From the NCBI GenBank assembly GCA_951406725.2, contig OX597814.1:135718001-135782000 (forward strand): 64,000 bases of DNA, read 5' to 3'. Shown here piece by piece: positions 39,893 to 52,351 of this stretch; positions within the stretch are counted from its first letter, which is position 1; each line of letters begins with the position of its first letter. A program made the translations under genes and the position numbers. Origin of the DNA: Octopus vulgaris. Lineage: Eukaryota. Under the pieces are notes generated by a model, which was not told the origin of the DNA, did not search any database, and saw only the letters and a program-made list of their open reading frames with translations.

Positions 39893-40482
39893 ATTAACTT
39901 TCACTATGTACACACCTATACTAATTTATGTTTCTGTTAACAAGCTTTTTTATTGGACCCAGTTATCTACTAAGTAAATTATCTGAGTAGACTACCATTA
40001 GTAAGTATATTGACTAATAAAAGAGTTTTGTACTTTCTTTTAAATGGAAATGTTTGAATGAAATATAGAGAAAGAATGAAATTTTGTATTGATTATACCT
40101 ACTCTCAAGGTGAGACAAAATTGTTGGAGATCAACATTTGAGTCGTTGTTGGGTAATTTTAATAACAAAATGAAACATGTACAACATATAAAGATTCAAT
40201 TTTAGTGTTTATTCATAAAGTCATTGCTTTTACACCTATTAACTAATTTCACCTGTCCATATAAACCAAATTTAACAAAAAACAACATCAGGTAAAAATA
40301 CATAACCATAAATCACTGGTATTTAAACACCTACACACAAAATATCAAGACTGCACGTAACAAAATTAAATAGGTTACAAGCAATTATTGTTGATCCCTG
40401 TCTTGAGTATGATTAACACAAAATAGTGTGAATAAGCATTATGTTTGACAGAGTAAGCTAAATGCTCAAGGATTAAAAATAT

Positions 40483-40885
40483 CTTTTATCTTTTACTCGT
40501 TTCAGTCATTAGACTGTGGCCATGCTGGGGCACCACCTTAAAGAATTTTAAGTCGAATGTATTGACCCCAGTACTTATCTTTTTCAAGCCTAGTACTCTG
40601 GTACATATTTTATCAGTCTTTTTAACCAAACAACTAAGTTAGAGGACATAAACACACCAACACTGGTTGTCAAGTGGTGGCAGTCAGACACATACACACA
40701 CACACATATATATATATATACATAAAATACAATCGGATTCTTTCAATTTCTGTCTACCATATCCACTCACAAGGCTTTGGTTGGCTCAGGGCTGAAGAAG
40801 ACACTTGCCCAAGGTTCCACGCAGTGGGACAGAACCTGGAACCATGTGGCTGGAAATTCAAGCTTCTTACCACAGCCATGCCTCA
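40483..40885 (-). mobile_element. Octopus-type tRNA SINE, near full length; similar copies at 27140-27495, 43333-43720, 57095-57420 (-) and 58545-58942 (+)
   Basis: Same head, core, internal (TA/TG)n and AATGACTGAAAC tail as 6278-6571. Confidence 0.8.
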
Positions 40886-42429
40886 ATATATAAAGGTTTT
40901 TTGATACACATCTAAGTTGCATATTTTTGAGTTAACAGACAACCCTCACTTAAGAATACTCTTTAGTGTATCTACTGATGAACAAATAAATACATTAATA
41001 ACCATGTCAAATGAAGAACCAAAAGCTAAATTTAAATCTCAGGCAGGAAATAATGTAGCTATGGTTCTTAATGGTGAACACAATAATATGAGCTCATGCA
41101 GATCAAACAAAGGCACAAGTATTGATAATGAAGAAAATGCAGAATCAGTCCCTCTAGCTTTGGATGATCTTCCAGACTCAATAAAGATTGTGATTTGATA
41201 ATACAAGAACAAACATTCCAAATAGAGTTAGACACAATTCTTGGAATAATGACAGGAATTAAACCAATTCTGTTCTGAGAAATATGATATTATTATGCTA
41301 ACATTACTGAAGGTCACGAGCTGGCAGAAACATTAGCACTCCGGGCGAAATGCTTAGTGGGATTTCGTCTTTACATTCTGAGTTCAAATTCTGCCAAGGT
41401 CGACTTTGCCTTTCATCTTTTCAGGGTTGATAAATTAAGTACCTGTTACGTACTGGGGTCAATCTAATCAACTTGCCCCCTTCCCCAAAATTTCAGGACT
41501 TGTGTCTAGAGTAGAAAAGAACATTACTGTATAAGGCAGTGAGCTGGCAGAATCATTAGCACACGAGGCAAAATGCTTAACAGCTTTTCATCCATCTTTA
41601 CATTTTGAGTTCAAATTCTGCTGAGGTCAACTTTGCCTTTCATTCTTCCAGGGTAAATAAAATAAGTACCAGTTGAGCACTGGGGGTTGATGTAATCAAC
41701 TTATCCCTTTCCCCGAACTCACTGGCCTTGAATCAAAATTTGAAACCAATATTACTGTATGCATTTTACATATCTGCATGTGACTGGATTTATCTAATGT
41801 AGCTAATAGGTCAATTATAACAGCTTGGAAATGTAAATAATCACATATTCAACTGTGACTGTATTTAGATAAATGCTGTATGACATGACAGGTGAGTAGT
41901 GATATATGAACAAATGACTTCAGCTGGTTGCAAGAATGAACCAGAAAATATAGCCGACCTAAGCATGTTTTTCAATTTTGCTGAGTTGAGACAAAGTTGT
42001 GCTGAAGTGGATGATCCATCATTAATTGGTTTGTAATATTTTGAGAATTATCTTGTAGCTCATATTAGATTCTGTGATTTGATACTTTGGTAATCAATTT
42101 TGGAAATATAATTTCATGATGCTAAATAGGCTGCATTATGTATCTACAATAAGAATTTGCACACAAGCACAATGGCAAGTCTTTAGCTTCTTATGCATAA
42201 AGGAACCTATCTTTTGTGATAAGAGTTTACTTTACAGAAAATGTCAGAAGCAATTTATATAGTGTAACATGGCTTTATCTGAAGTAGTGTTAAGTCATGA
42301 CAGTAAGTGTCTGATAAATGTTACTATAGAGATGAGTTTAGTTACCTTTAAATGTGGAATGAATTCCAAACCTTAATATGAGTGTTTGTAGCAGTTACTA
42401 GAGCTGTAATACACAAACACAAACTAAAA

Positions 42430-43045
42430 ACATTATTTACATTTGACAGATATTTGTCATCTTGTTTGTTGTTAACACAATGTTTTGGCTGATGTACTCT
42501 CCAGCCTTCATCAGGTATCCTGGGGGAATTTCAAACCTGGGTTCTCATTCCTAAGGTATTTTTCTAATGTTCTTCTTATTATTATTCAGGTCACTGCTTG
42601 GAATCTTGGGGTTAATAGTCCACGCTCTTAACCACTACACCATATAGAGTGAATTTTAGGGTTTATAAATCTAATATTTTCCTATCCTTCCTTAATACAG
42701 GTTCCCATATGCTACTCATATCTGCACTAGGTCTGCTTAGGAGGTTATTATGTCCTAGGATATGTGCTGCCCCTTTTAGTTTTCGTATTTTCCAGTGGTG
42801 TTCTCTGTCTATTATTTTAACTTCATCCCACAGGCAGTGACATGAATAATAATAATAATAAGAAGAAGAATAACATTGGAAAAATACCTTAGGAATGAGA
42901 ACCCAGGTTTGAAATTCCCCTAGGACACCTGATGAAGGCTGGAGAATACATCAGCCGAAATGTGTTAACGACAAACAAGATGAGGACAATTATCTGTCAA
43001 ATGTAAATAATGTACATAATTCCTCATCTCTCAAATATAGAATTG
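42430..43045 (-). mobile_element. 5'-truncated Penelope-like element with inverted pseudo-LTR
   Basis: Minus 42663-42830 reads WDEVKIIDREHHWKIRKLKGAAHILGHNNLLSRP...WEPVL...*, like the PLE GIY-YIG C-terminus; pLTR 42430-42645 and inverted partial pLTR 42831-43045; hammerhead motifs at 42474-42519 (-) and 42924-42966 (+). Confidence 0.8.
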
Positions 43046-45622
43046 TACACACTAAAAATATTGGTAGAATTGATCTACCATGACTTTTGCTGCAGAGATG
43101 ATAATCAGTTATTCTGGTATCCAAACTAGGAAACCAAGAAGTAAACAGACAATTCAAAATGTCTTTGACTAACTATTATTGCACTGAGTGTACCAAACAT
43201 AAACACTTGGTTTTAAACATAAACAATGATGAGTGCTCTACAGTGATGCAGGGCAAAGATGATGAGTACTTTTTCATTATGGTCACTGCTTAGTAAGTGA
43301 AACCAGTAAAAGAACAATATAATTAATATTATCCTTTTTCTTTTACTTGTTTCAGTCATTAGACTGCGGCCATTCTGGGCACCGCCTTGAAGAATCTTAA
43401 GTTGAATGAATCAACCCTAGAACTCTTTTTTTTAAACCTGGTACTTATTTTGTTAATCTCTCTTGCCAAACTGTTAAGTTACAGGGACGTAAACATGCCA
43501 ACACCGGTTGTCAAGAGGTGATGAGGGAGGGGCAAACAGACACAATGACACATACACAGATATACAACAGGCTTCTTTCAGTTTCCATCTACCAAATCCA
43601 CTCACAAGGCTTTGGTTGGCCTGAGGCTATAGTAGAAGACACTTGCCCAAGGTGCCACACAGTGGAACCAAATCTGGAACTACAGGGTTGGGATGCAATC
43701 TTCTTACCACACAACCACATTCTTAATATATATATTCTGACAGATCTGAGTGTTAATATCTGATTGCTGTTGTTTATAAAAGAAATCATACCTTCCTTTA
43801 GATAATGTGTGTTTATAACATGCATGTAACAATATAACAAGTGCAAGTACACTTTGAGACAGTGATGTTTTGCCCTTGTTTGTCTCCTCAGACAAAGCTG
43901 CCCTACTATTGTTTGAATTCTTGCTGCTAGGAGTGCACCTCATAAATGATTATCTGTTTGGCAGACAAGAGCACATATCAGTAAATAATTTGTTTGCTGA
44001 GCTCTATAAACAAAAGCTTGTGCTCTTGTTAGATTCATCAATCTGGCAAGATAAATTTGACTGAGGAGACACACAGTAAGGTCAAAACACCAGTATCTCT
44101 AAGTCCCCTTAAACCATTAGCCCCATTAGCTTTTAAGCTGGCCATATCCATCCCAAATATTCTACCTGTTGTATGTTCAAACTAGCCAGATCTAGCTTCT
44201 CACACATATCCTGCAATGTCATTCTAAAAATAAGCAATCACATCAAATGTCAATGCTACAAGATGACGCATAACTAATTGAAAATGGTGTGAATAGATAA
44301 ACATTACATTTGACACAGTAATCCGGATGCTAAAGGGTTGAACCAATGAATTGCTTGTTACAAACATGCACCGTCTAAAGGGAGGTGTTCCCTGATCACA
44401 AAAATCAACAGCAATCAAATATTTACATTTGAATCTGGCAGAACATATTAAGAATGAAAAGATACATTACTCTTTGGATTTTCACTGTTCTGCATGCATC
44501 CCACAAATCATTAACAAAGCGAAAATATGGCTGTGTGGACAAGAAGCTTGTTTGCCAATTGTGTGGTCTTGGGTACACCACTATAGCTTCAAATTGACTA
44601 AAGCCTTGTAAAGGGATGTGGTAGTCAGAAACTGAGAGTAGTTAATCATGTGTATACATGTGCATGTATGTGTGTTTCTGTGGTTGTGTACCATAGTCCA
44701 GACATCATAGGATGGTTGCAAACTAGTGTAATTATCCTACAAACAAGGTTGTTCATTTCCAGTCTTCTGTGAAAAGTATGTCTAGCTATGGATATAGATG
44801 AAGGTTGGCAACAGGAAGAGCATCCACCCAAATAAAATCTGCTTCAACAAATTCCATTTGATTCATGCAAACATGGAAACAGGACGTTATGACCCAAAGT
44901 GAATGGGAAATGACAATTTAGGCATATCAGTAGGTAATTTTTTTTTCCCGTTTTTTCCCTACGTCAGAGCAGGAAAGGCAATCTTTTTCAGGTCTTCTGT
45001 GACTGGTGGATGGAAAGAATGTTATCCTCAGATAAGAGACCTTGCTCAAATGTTTGCAATAAAGTGGACTCGATTTAAAGCACTTAGTGGCTAAGTGAAT
45101 GGTGTGTTCTACCACTCAAAAACAGAAACGGTATCGACAGGTATTACAATTTCCATCTACCAAATTTCATTCACAAGACCAAGGCTTTATTTGACACCAG
45201 ACTATATTAACTAATCAACACACACACACAAGTAGATAAATATAATGCAATGCAACAATAAATGAAAACAGTCAGTAACAACAGAAGAAAAAAAAACACG
45301 GATGATGGTAGATCATCGCCATTTTACGTTTGTTTTACGTACTGGTACGAACCGGACAGTTCGGAGGGCCACGTTACGCTCGTGCGTTTCACTTTGGGCT
45401 GGTTTCTACGGTTGGACCATTCTACAACGTTTACTGGGTGCATTTCATTGTCACCAGCACTAACGAAGTTGTCATATAGTCGAACCAAAGGATCCTTTCG
45501 GCCCTACGTTGTCTCCGCTAGTTCGCAAATCACAACATCGGCAGAATGTATTAAACGTTAAGTTCCCAATATCTCAATCACAAATCTATTATAGGAAAAC
45601 AAAAGAATCCCATAGACACTAC

Positions 45623-45867
45623 CTGAATATTTTGAACATATTTTCTAGCTAGACCAGAAAATGCAGCAATTCGATCAACATATTCCTGTGCTTTCAGAAT
45701 GGACAAGGGCACTATTCATCTTAGTATGCAGTGCGGAGTGGAATCGTGGAATCAAGCTATGCAATTTCGAATTGCGAAGTGGTTGCAATCGATGATGATG
45801 ATGAATTATTTTCTCTCGGAGTATAGCTAATTTTGTAAGGAAAACTTTTAATCGATCCAATCGTCTT
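45623..45867 (-). other. Candidate second non-coding 5'UTR exon of SF3B3
   Basis: Acceptor TTCTTTCATATTTTATATAG| at 45868 and donor CAG|GTAGTG at 45623; no transcript evidence. Confidence 0.3.
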
Positions 45868-46766
45868 CTATATAAAATATGAAAGAATGCCCTTTCGTTG
45901 TTACTAATTTTAACGACGAATTAAGCACATCATGATAAACAATAGAATAATGCGGTTCGTATTCATATACAGGAGTGCTGTGATAATTTCATTTTTACTC
46001 TTTCCATGGACAGTAATTTGTTAAATAACATAGCGAACGATCCATCTAGCAAATTGAGCCACAGCCAATTTAACTGATAAACAAAGAAACAAGCATTTCT
46101 CATTACCATAACAACATATGAAGTTGGTCTTTAATATTCACTTATGGAAAGACAGTTTTTCAAATTACCAGAAAATGCTTCAAAAGTTGCAAAAGAAAAT
46201 CGATCACGATGCAAATAATCGGGGATACTGAAGTCACATTACAAGAACTATTGATGTAAATAAAAGTGTGTCTGGCCATGTGCTAATAATGTGCTTCACC
46301 TTCCTCTATATTTTGTTTGTGTTTAGATGCCGGAATTAATGTCTGTGTCATTGTACGTGTATTCTCTATTTATGATTAACATCTGTATACGTGAAATGCA
46401 TAACTTTGAAAATGAAACAAATAATTAAGCATTAAAATTTATTCTTTATACAAAAATGAGCTTATCTAACCGAGATTCATATACTATTGGATGTAACACG
46501 TAATCAATACGATAGTATTGATGCAAAATATCAAGCACTTAACAATTATTAACGTATGTATCAAGATAATTTTTTTGTTATTCATTAAAAACAATTTAAA
46601 GCTGCAGTTGTTATATAGTTTCATAATATAGTATATAGTTGATCAGTTTACGTATCATGCTTTCAACGACCATGTTAGAAAAAATGGTTGTATGCATATA
46701 CAACCGGCAATTACAGTTTTAAGATAGACAAAGGATGCAAAATTAAGACAAAATAAGTCCTCTTAC

Positions 46767-46960
46767 CTTGTTAGATAACAATGCTATTCATGGGGTAAAT
46801 TAAAATATGATACCATAAAAACAATTAGAGGATTTTAACAGATTATTTGAATAATTTTGATACATTGGATTGATATATCCGGGAAAATATGCAATTTTCA
46901 AACGATGAAGAGTGACAAGCAGCTTAACTCCCCTTTTTCATGGCGCGAATACATATTTGA
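46767..46960 (-). other. Candidate SF3B3 non-coding first exon / TSS region
   Basis: Strong donor AAG|GTAAGA at 46767; TTCGCGCCAT (E2F/YY1-like) near 46940; CCAAT near 47011 and GC-box-like CCCGCC near 47217; inside a CpG-retaining zone. 5' end approximate. Confidence 0.45.
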
Positions 46961-47486
46961 TTTCTTTGAGTCTCCTTCAAAAAATTATTATGTATGATCA
47001 ATGTGATCGGCCAATTGTTATAAATGCATCATTCCTTCTGAATGCATTTGAGTTTCCATGCAAATCCTTATTAAACTAATTTAAGTCGTCTTTTTCAATT
47101 CAAAAATAACCAGGAACTAATATAAAGCGCAACTCCAAATAAAATTCAATTATAAACTGAAAACTGGAGCTAGCTTTGTTTGAATAGACCTATATTCTAA
47201 GTCGCTCTAGTCATGTCCCGCCTGTCTTTTCAGATGTAACTAGCAAAACTTTATTCAATCTCTTTTCATAAGGTGATGAGGGAGATTTGGCTGCTCTTTC
47301 TAACAGATCGAGTGATTTTATAGAGGTTGCGTAAAAAGTTGAAATTCTGATGAAATACAAAACATGGCACTAATATTAGGACGTTAGTTAAATATTACCC
47401 AAAGAAATTAAATTGGTTTTAAATTTTGACACTATCCCAGCAATTTCGGGGGAGGAAGTAAATCGATTACATTGACCGCCGTGCTA

Positions 47487-48349
47487 GGATCTTTTCTTTT
47501 TGAACGGCAGTTTTCAACACAATTTCTAGTTAACTAAACACTTTTAAACTTCGTATACTGGTAGAATGTGTCAAATAAAACATTTTTTCTCTTGGCTTTC
47601 TTGAGAAAATTGTAATTTGTAAGTTTAACGTAGTTTAATTTTTCGAATTTTAACCAATCAATTGCCTCTTGTGAGCTAAAATCATTTGCTGCGTCTAAAA
47701 CTGAGACAACATCCTGTCACTAACCCTAACCCTAAATTTTAGCCTTTCGGTTTTTTTTCTTAATTGTTAAATTAATTTAATTGTTACGCGTGTGTCTAAA
47801 ATTATTCATTTTGTTTCTGTTTTGAGTTTTTGCTTTCGTTTTAGCCTTTCGTTATTTTTTCTTAATTGTTAAATTAATTTAAGGATAACAATTAAGAAAA
47901 AAAACGAAAGCAATGGAAAATAATTTAAACAATTAACAAACAAAATAATTCTATAATTTTATACACACGCTTTCCGTACATATACATAACGAAAGCAAAA
48001 ACTCAAAACAAAAACAAAACGAATAATTTTAGACACACGTGTAACAATTAAATTAATTTAACAATTAAGAAAAAAAAAACCGAAAGGCTAAAATTTAGGA
48101 TAGGGTTAGGGTTAGTGACAGGATGTTGTCTCAGTTTTAGATGCAGCAAATGATTTTAGCTCACTAGAGGCAATTGATTGGTTAAAATTCAAAAAATTAA
48201 ACTACGTTAAACTTACAAATTACAATTTTCTCAAAAAAGCCAAGAGAAAAAAATGTTTTATTTTGACACATTCTACCAGTATACGAAGTTTAAAAGTGTT
48301 TAGTTAACTAGAAATTGTGTTGAAAACTGCCGTTCAAAAGGAAAAGATC
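47487..48349. mobile_element. Foldback (palindromic) DNA transposon with TTAGGG repeats, inserted in a SINE
   Basis: Arms of roughly 380 bp are near-perfect reverse complements; GGATC terminus; GCCGTGCT duplicated at 47478-47485 and 48350-48357. Confidence 0.85.
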
Positions 48350-48903
48350 GCCGTGCTCAACTAGTACTTAATTTATCGATCTCAAAGGCTTGAATGGCAA
48401 CGTCGACTTCAGTGGAATTTAAACTCAGAAAGTAAAGTTGGATGAAATACCAAAAAGCACTTACGATTCTGTCTGCTCACTGTCTTAACCGTAAGAAATT
48501 ATATTGGCTTCAAATTTTGATACAAAGCCAGCAGTTTTCGTGGAAGGGGTATAGTCGATTACATCAACCTCAGTGTTTCACTGGTACTTATTGTATCGAC
48601 CCCAAAAGTATGAAAGGCAAAGTTGACCTCAGCGGAATTCAAACTCGGAACGCAAAGTTTGACGAAATGCCGGCATGCTATCAATTCTGCCAGCTTGTTG
48701 CCATGCCCCAAGAAATTGTATTAAAAAACAAAAGCAATTAATGCAGTCCTCAATGTTATTACAAGAGAATATTGTTAGGAATGAATGGGTTAAATGTTTA
48801 TTTACACTAATGGTTCCCATGTCCTAAGAAGTATTTTGAGTAAAAGGTTTTCTTTGTGACATTGAGTTCTTGATGGTTCTTGGAAATATTTCATGCTATC
48901 TTC

Positions 48904-49529
48904 GGATCTTTACCTTTTGACCTACAGATTTTAAAAATAATTTTTTGTAACTAAACTTTCGAACTTTGGACACTGGTAGAATGAGTCATATAAAACATCT
49001 TTTACTCTTAGCATTTTTGAGAAAAACTTATATTTACGAAGTTATTTCATGTTAAAGTTCTCGTATTTCGGTAATTTCAACCAATCAATGACGTGTATTC
49101 AGCTGAATAAAATTACTGACGTTGTTTGTCAACAACTATCGGTGGTGTATTTTTCATTTGTCAGTTATTTATGACATCGTTAGTGCATTTGTACTGGTTT
49201 TAAGGTTTTAGGGTTGGGGTTTTATGGTTTAGAGTTAGGGTTTTAGGGTTAGGGTTAGGTTGTCATAAATAACAATGACAAATGAAATATACACTGCTGG
49301 AAGTTCTTGTTGACAAACAACAGCAGTAATTTTATTCAGCTGAATACATGTCATTGATTGGTTGAATGAGAACTTTAACGTGAAATAACTTCGTAAATAT
49401 AAGTTTTTCTCAAAAATGCTAAGAGTAAAAGATGTTTTATATGACACATTCTACCAGTGTTCAAAGTTTGAAAGTGTTTAGTTACAAAAAATTATTTTTT
49501 AAATCTGTAGGTCAAAAGGTAAAGATACC
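48904..49529. mobile_element. Second, related foldback element with central TTAGGG-like tract
   Basis: GGATCTTTACCTTTTGACC ... GGTCAAAAGGTAAAGATACC; arms roughly 280 bp; no TSD recognisable. Confidence 0.8.
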
Positions 49530-50923
49530 CAAAATGTAAAAGGTGCATCTATTCACTTGTATAATCTGTATAATCAGTCATTTACTCCCTATTCTTTTGA
49601 AGGCTTGGTTATGGAAATATTTGAGAATGTTTGACAAAGTTTCCACAACTTTGAACTTGAATGTCATATAAGATGTCTCATAGAATAGTCGAACCCTTTT
49701 GTTACCATATTTCTCTTGAAATGCACCACCTTCCTTTCAATAAATTTTGAAAATAATGAAGAATTTAATAAAATACATTTGTCATTATTAAACTGATTTT
49801 TGGACCATGAATTAACACAAAATGTTATGTGAGATTCTAAATCACTTTTAAACAGGAAGTTGGTGTCAAACAACAAGGGGCAGTCTCAGGTGATTTGCTA
49901 TGAGAAGGCTTAAGGTAGTGAGTGATATGTTTGTTGTTTAAGCTCTGGCCTTAATATGCCTGACACTTGCCCAAGGTGCTACACAGTGTGACTAAACCTC
50001 CAAACATACTTAGGGAAGCAAATGTCTTAACCACACAGCCTTGCCTATAAATATCATCATCATCACCATTTAACTTCTGCTTTATATGCTGGCATGGGTT
50101 AGATGGTTTGAATGAAACTGGTAAGCTATAGGGCTACACTAGGTTTCAGTCTAATTTGGCATGGTTTCTATGGCTGGATACCCTTCCTAATGCTAACTAC
50201 TCCAAGAATGTAACGGGTGCATTTTACATGCCACCAGTATGGGTACCAGTTATGTGACACCAGCATCGGCCACGACTGCAATTTCACTTGGCTTGGTGGG
50301 TCTTCTCAAGCGCAGCATATTGCTAGAGGTCTTGGTCACTTATCATTGCCTCCATGAGGCCCAATGTTTAAAGGGTGCTTTATACATGCCAGTTACATGA
50401 CACTGGCATCAGCCATGACTACAATTTCACTTGGGTTGATGGGTCTTCTCCAGCATGGCATATCGCCAAAGGTCTCAGTAACTTGTCATTGCCTTCGTGT
50501 GTTCATGTGGTCTTGGTAGCATGTCAATCATGCTTCACCACTTTGTCCCATGACTTCTTGAGTCTACTCCTACCACAGGTTCCCTCCACAGTTAGAGATC
50601 AGTCCTTGTGTGTGTGTAAACTAATACATCTGTTTGTTGTTTGCACACCCATCTTCGTCTTTTGTTGTTGTTTTTTTTTTTTGTAAATTCCCACTATATA
50701 TATATTGCCATCTAAGAATACGTAAGTCAGGAAAAAATGGAAATCTATAAACATATACAGTCGGAAGCAAGGATGTTTAGTAAGAAGTTTGCTTCCCAAC
50801 CATATGGTTCCAGGTTCAGTTCCACTGGGTTGCACCTTGGACTTCTGCCATAGCCTTGAGCCAACTGAGGCCTTGTAAGCATATTTGAATGATGGAAACA
50901 TACATCAAATGTATGTGTGTGTG

Positions 50924-50981
<58 letters not shown>

Positions 50982-50985
50982 TATA

Positions 50986-52162
50986 TTGGGTCATCCCATA
51001 AATAATGTGGTTTTTTTCAATTGCATGAATTAAAAGTCGGAGGGGGATGGGATAAACTACCTGCATCAACTTGCTATAAAAGCAATAGTAATTTTACCTT
51101 GTACTTATTCTTAGTGCAAGTTTTGAAGAGTACAGTTCGATTTTTTCAAAGCTATAATGGAAGTGACAAAGGAGCATATTTGGCATGTTTTGCGTTATGA
51201 TTTCAATAAAGGCAACAATGCAACAGAAAGTGCGAGGAATATTAATGCAGTATATGCGGATCAGACAATAAGTGTCAATGGTGGTTCCAGAAATTCCAAG
51301 CCAGAAACTACAGCCTAGAAGATGAGCCATGCCATAGAAGACCAGTAGAGCTCAACAAGAACATCCTGCAAATCCTGGTGGAACAAAATCCCATCGTAAC
51401 TGTTGAGAAAATTGCAAAGAAGCTTGGATTTGGTCATTCATTGACACCTGTGCTCCATCAGGAAAGTCAGCAAATTGTGTCAATGGGTTCCTCACAAACT
51501 AATTGCGTGCAGAGAGTGAATATGTACTCTTCTTTGCTGTCACATCTCACAAATGAACCTTTTTTTAACCAAATAATGACTAATGATGAGAAATGGGTTC
51601 TCTATACAAATGTCAAATGCCCAAGACAGTGGGTAGGGAAAGGAGAATCACCAGCATCCCAGGCCAAAGAAGGTCTTCACCCATGTAAGGTGTTGTTATC
51701 AGTTTGATGGGATATAAAAAGTTTAGTCCACTTTGAACTTTTAAACCCAAACCAAACAATAACAAAGATCTACTGTAAGCAGCTTGAGCAGCTTAAGTCA
51801 GTGCTAGAAGAAAAACGATCATTTTTAGTTTCAAGACAAAAAGTGTTCTTTCATCAGGATAATGTTCAGCCATATACAGCAAAGATGACATTCCAAAGGC
51901 TGGAGCAGTTTGAATGGGAAATGATGCTCCACCAACCATTTTCGGTGGACATTGCTCCATCTGATTATCATTTATTCCACAGTCTTCAAAATCATTTAGA
52001 TGAAATAAATATGAATTGTGTAGACAAGGTCAGAACAGTACTGGAAGAGTACTTTTTGTGGATAAGTGAATTTTGGAAGAGGAGCCTTGTAAGTCTAACA
52101 AATAGATGGAAGAGCATTGTAGAAAATGAAGGAGAGTATATTTTAGATTAAAAAAGAACTTT
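50986..52162 (+). mobile_element. Mariner (D,D34D-type) transposon, frameshifted, 3' TIR missing
   Basis: TA|TTGGGTCATCCCATAAATAATG TIR; ATG at 51157 (MEVTKEHIWHVLRYDF); WVPH, TNDEKW, HQDN, DIAPSDYHLF motifs; stop at 52151. Confidence 0.9.
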
Positions 52163-52163
52163 G

Positions 52164-52351
52164 GGCTCTTTACCTTTTGACCAGCAGATTTAGAAAATAA
52201 TTTTTTGTAACTAAACACTTTCAAACTTCGTATACTGGTAGAATGTGTCATAAAACATCTTTTACTCTTAGCACTTTTGAGAAAACTTTATATTTACAAA
52301 GTTATTTCATGTTAAAGTTGCCGTATTTTGGTAATTTCAACCAATCAATGA
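52164..52351. mobile_element. Left arm only of the 48904-type foldback element
   Basis: Matches 48904-49091 closely, then stops abruptly. Confidence 0.8.

Noticed and set aside
47721-49260. True telomere or chromosome-fusion site
   Set aside because: TTAGGG runs are only a few units long and internal to TIR elements, one of which has a TSD.
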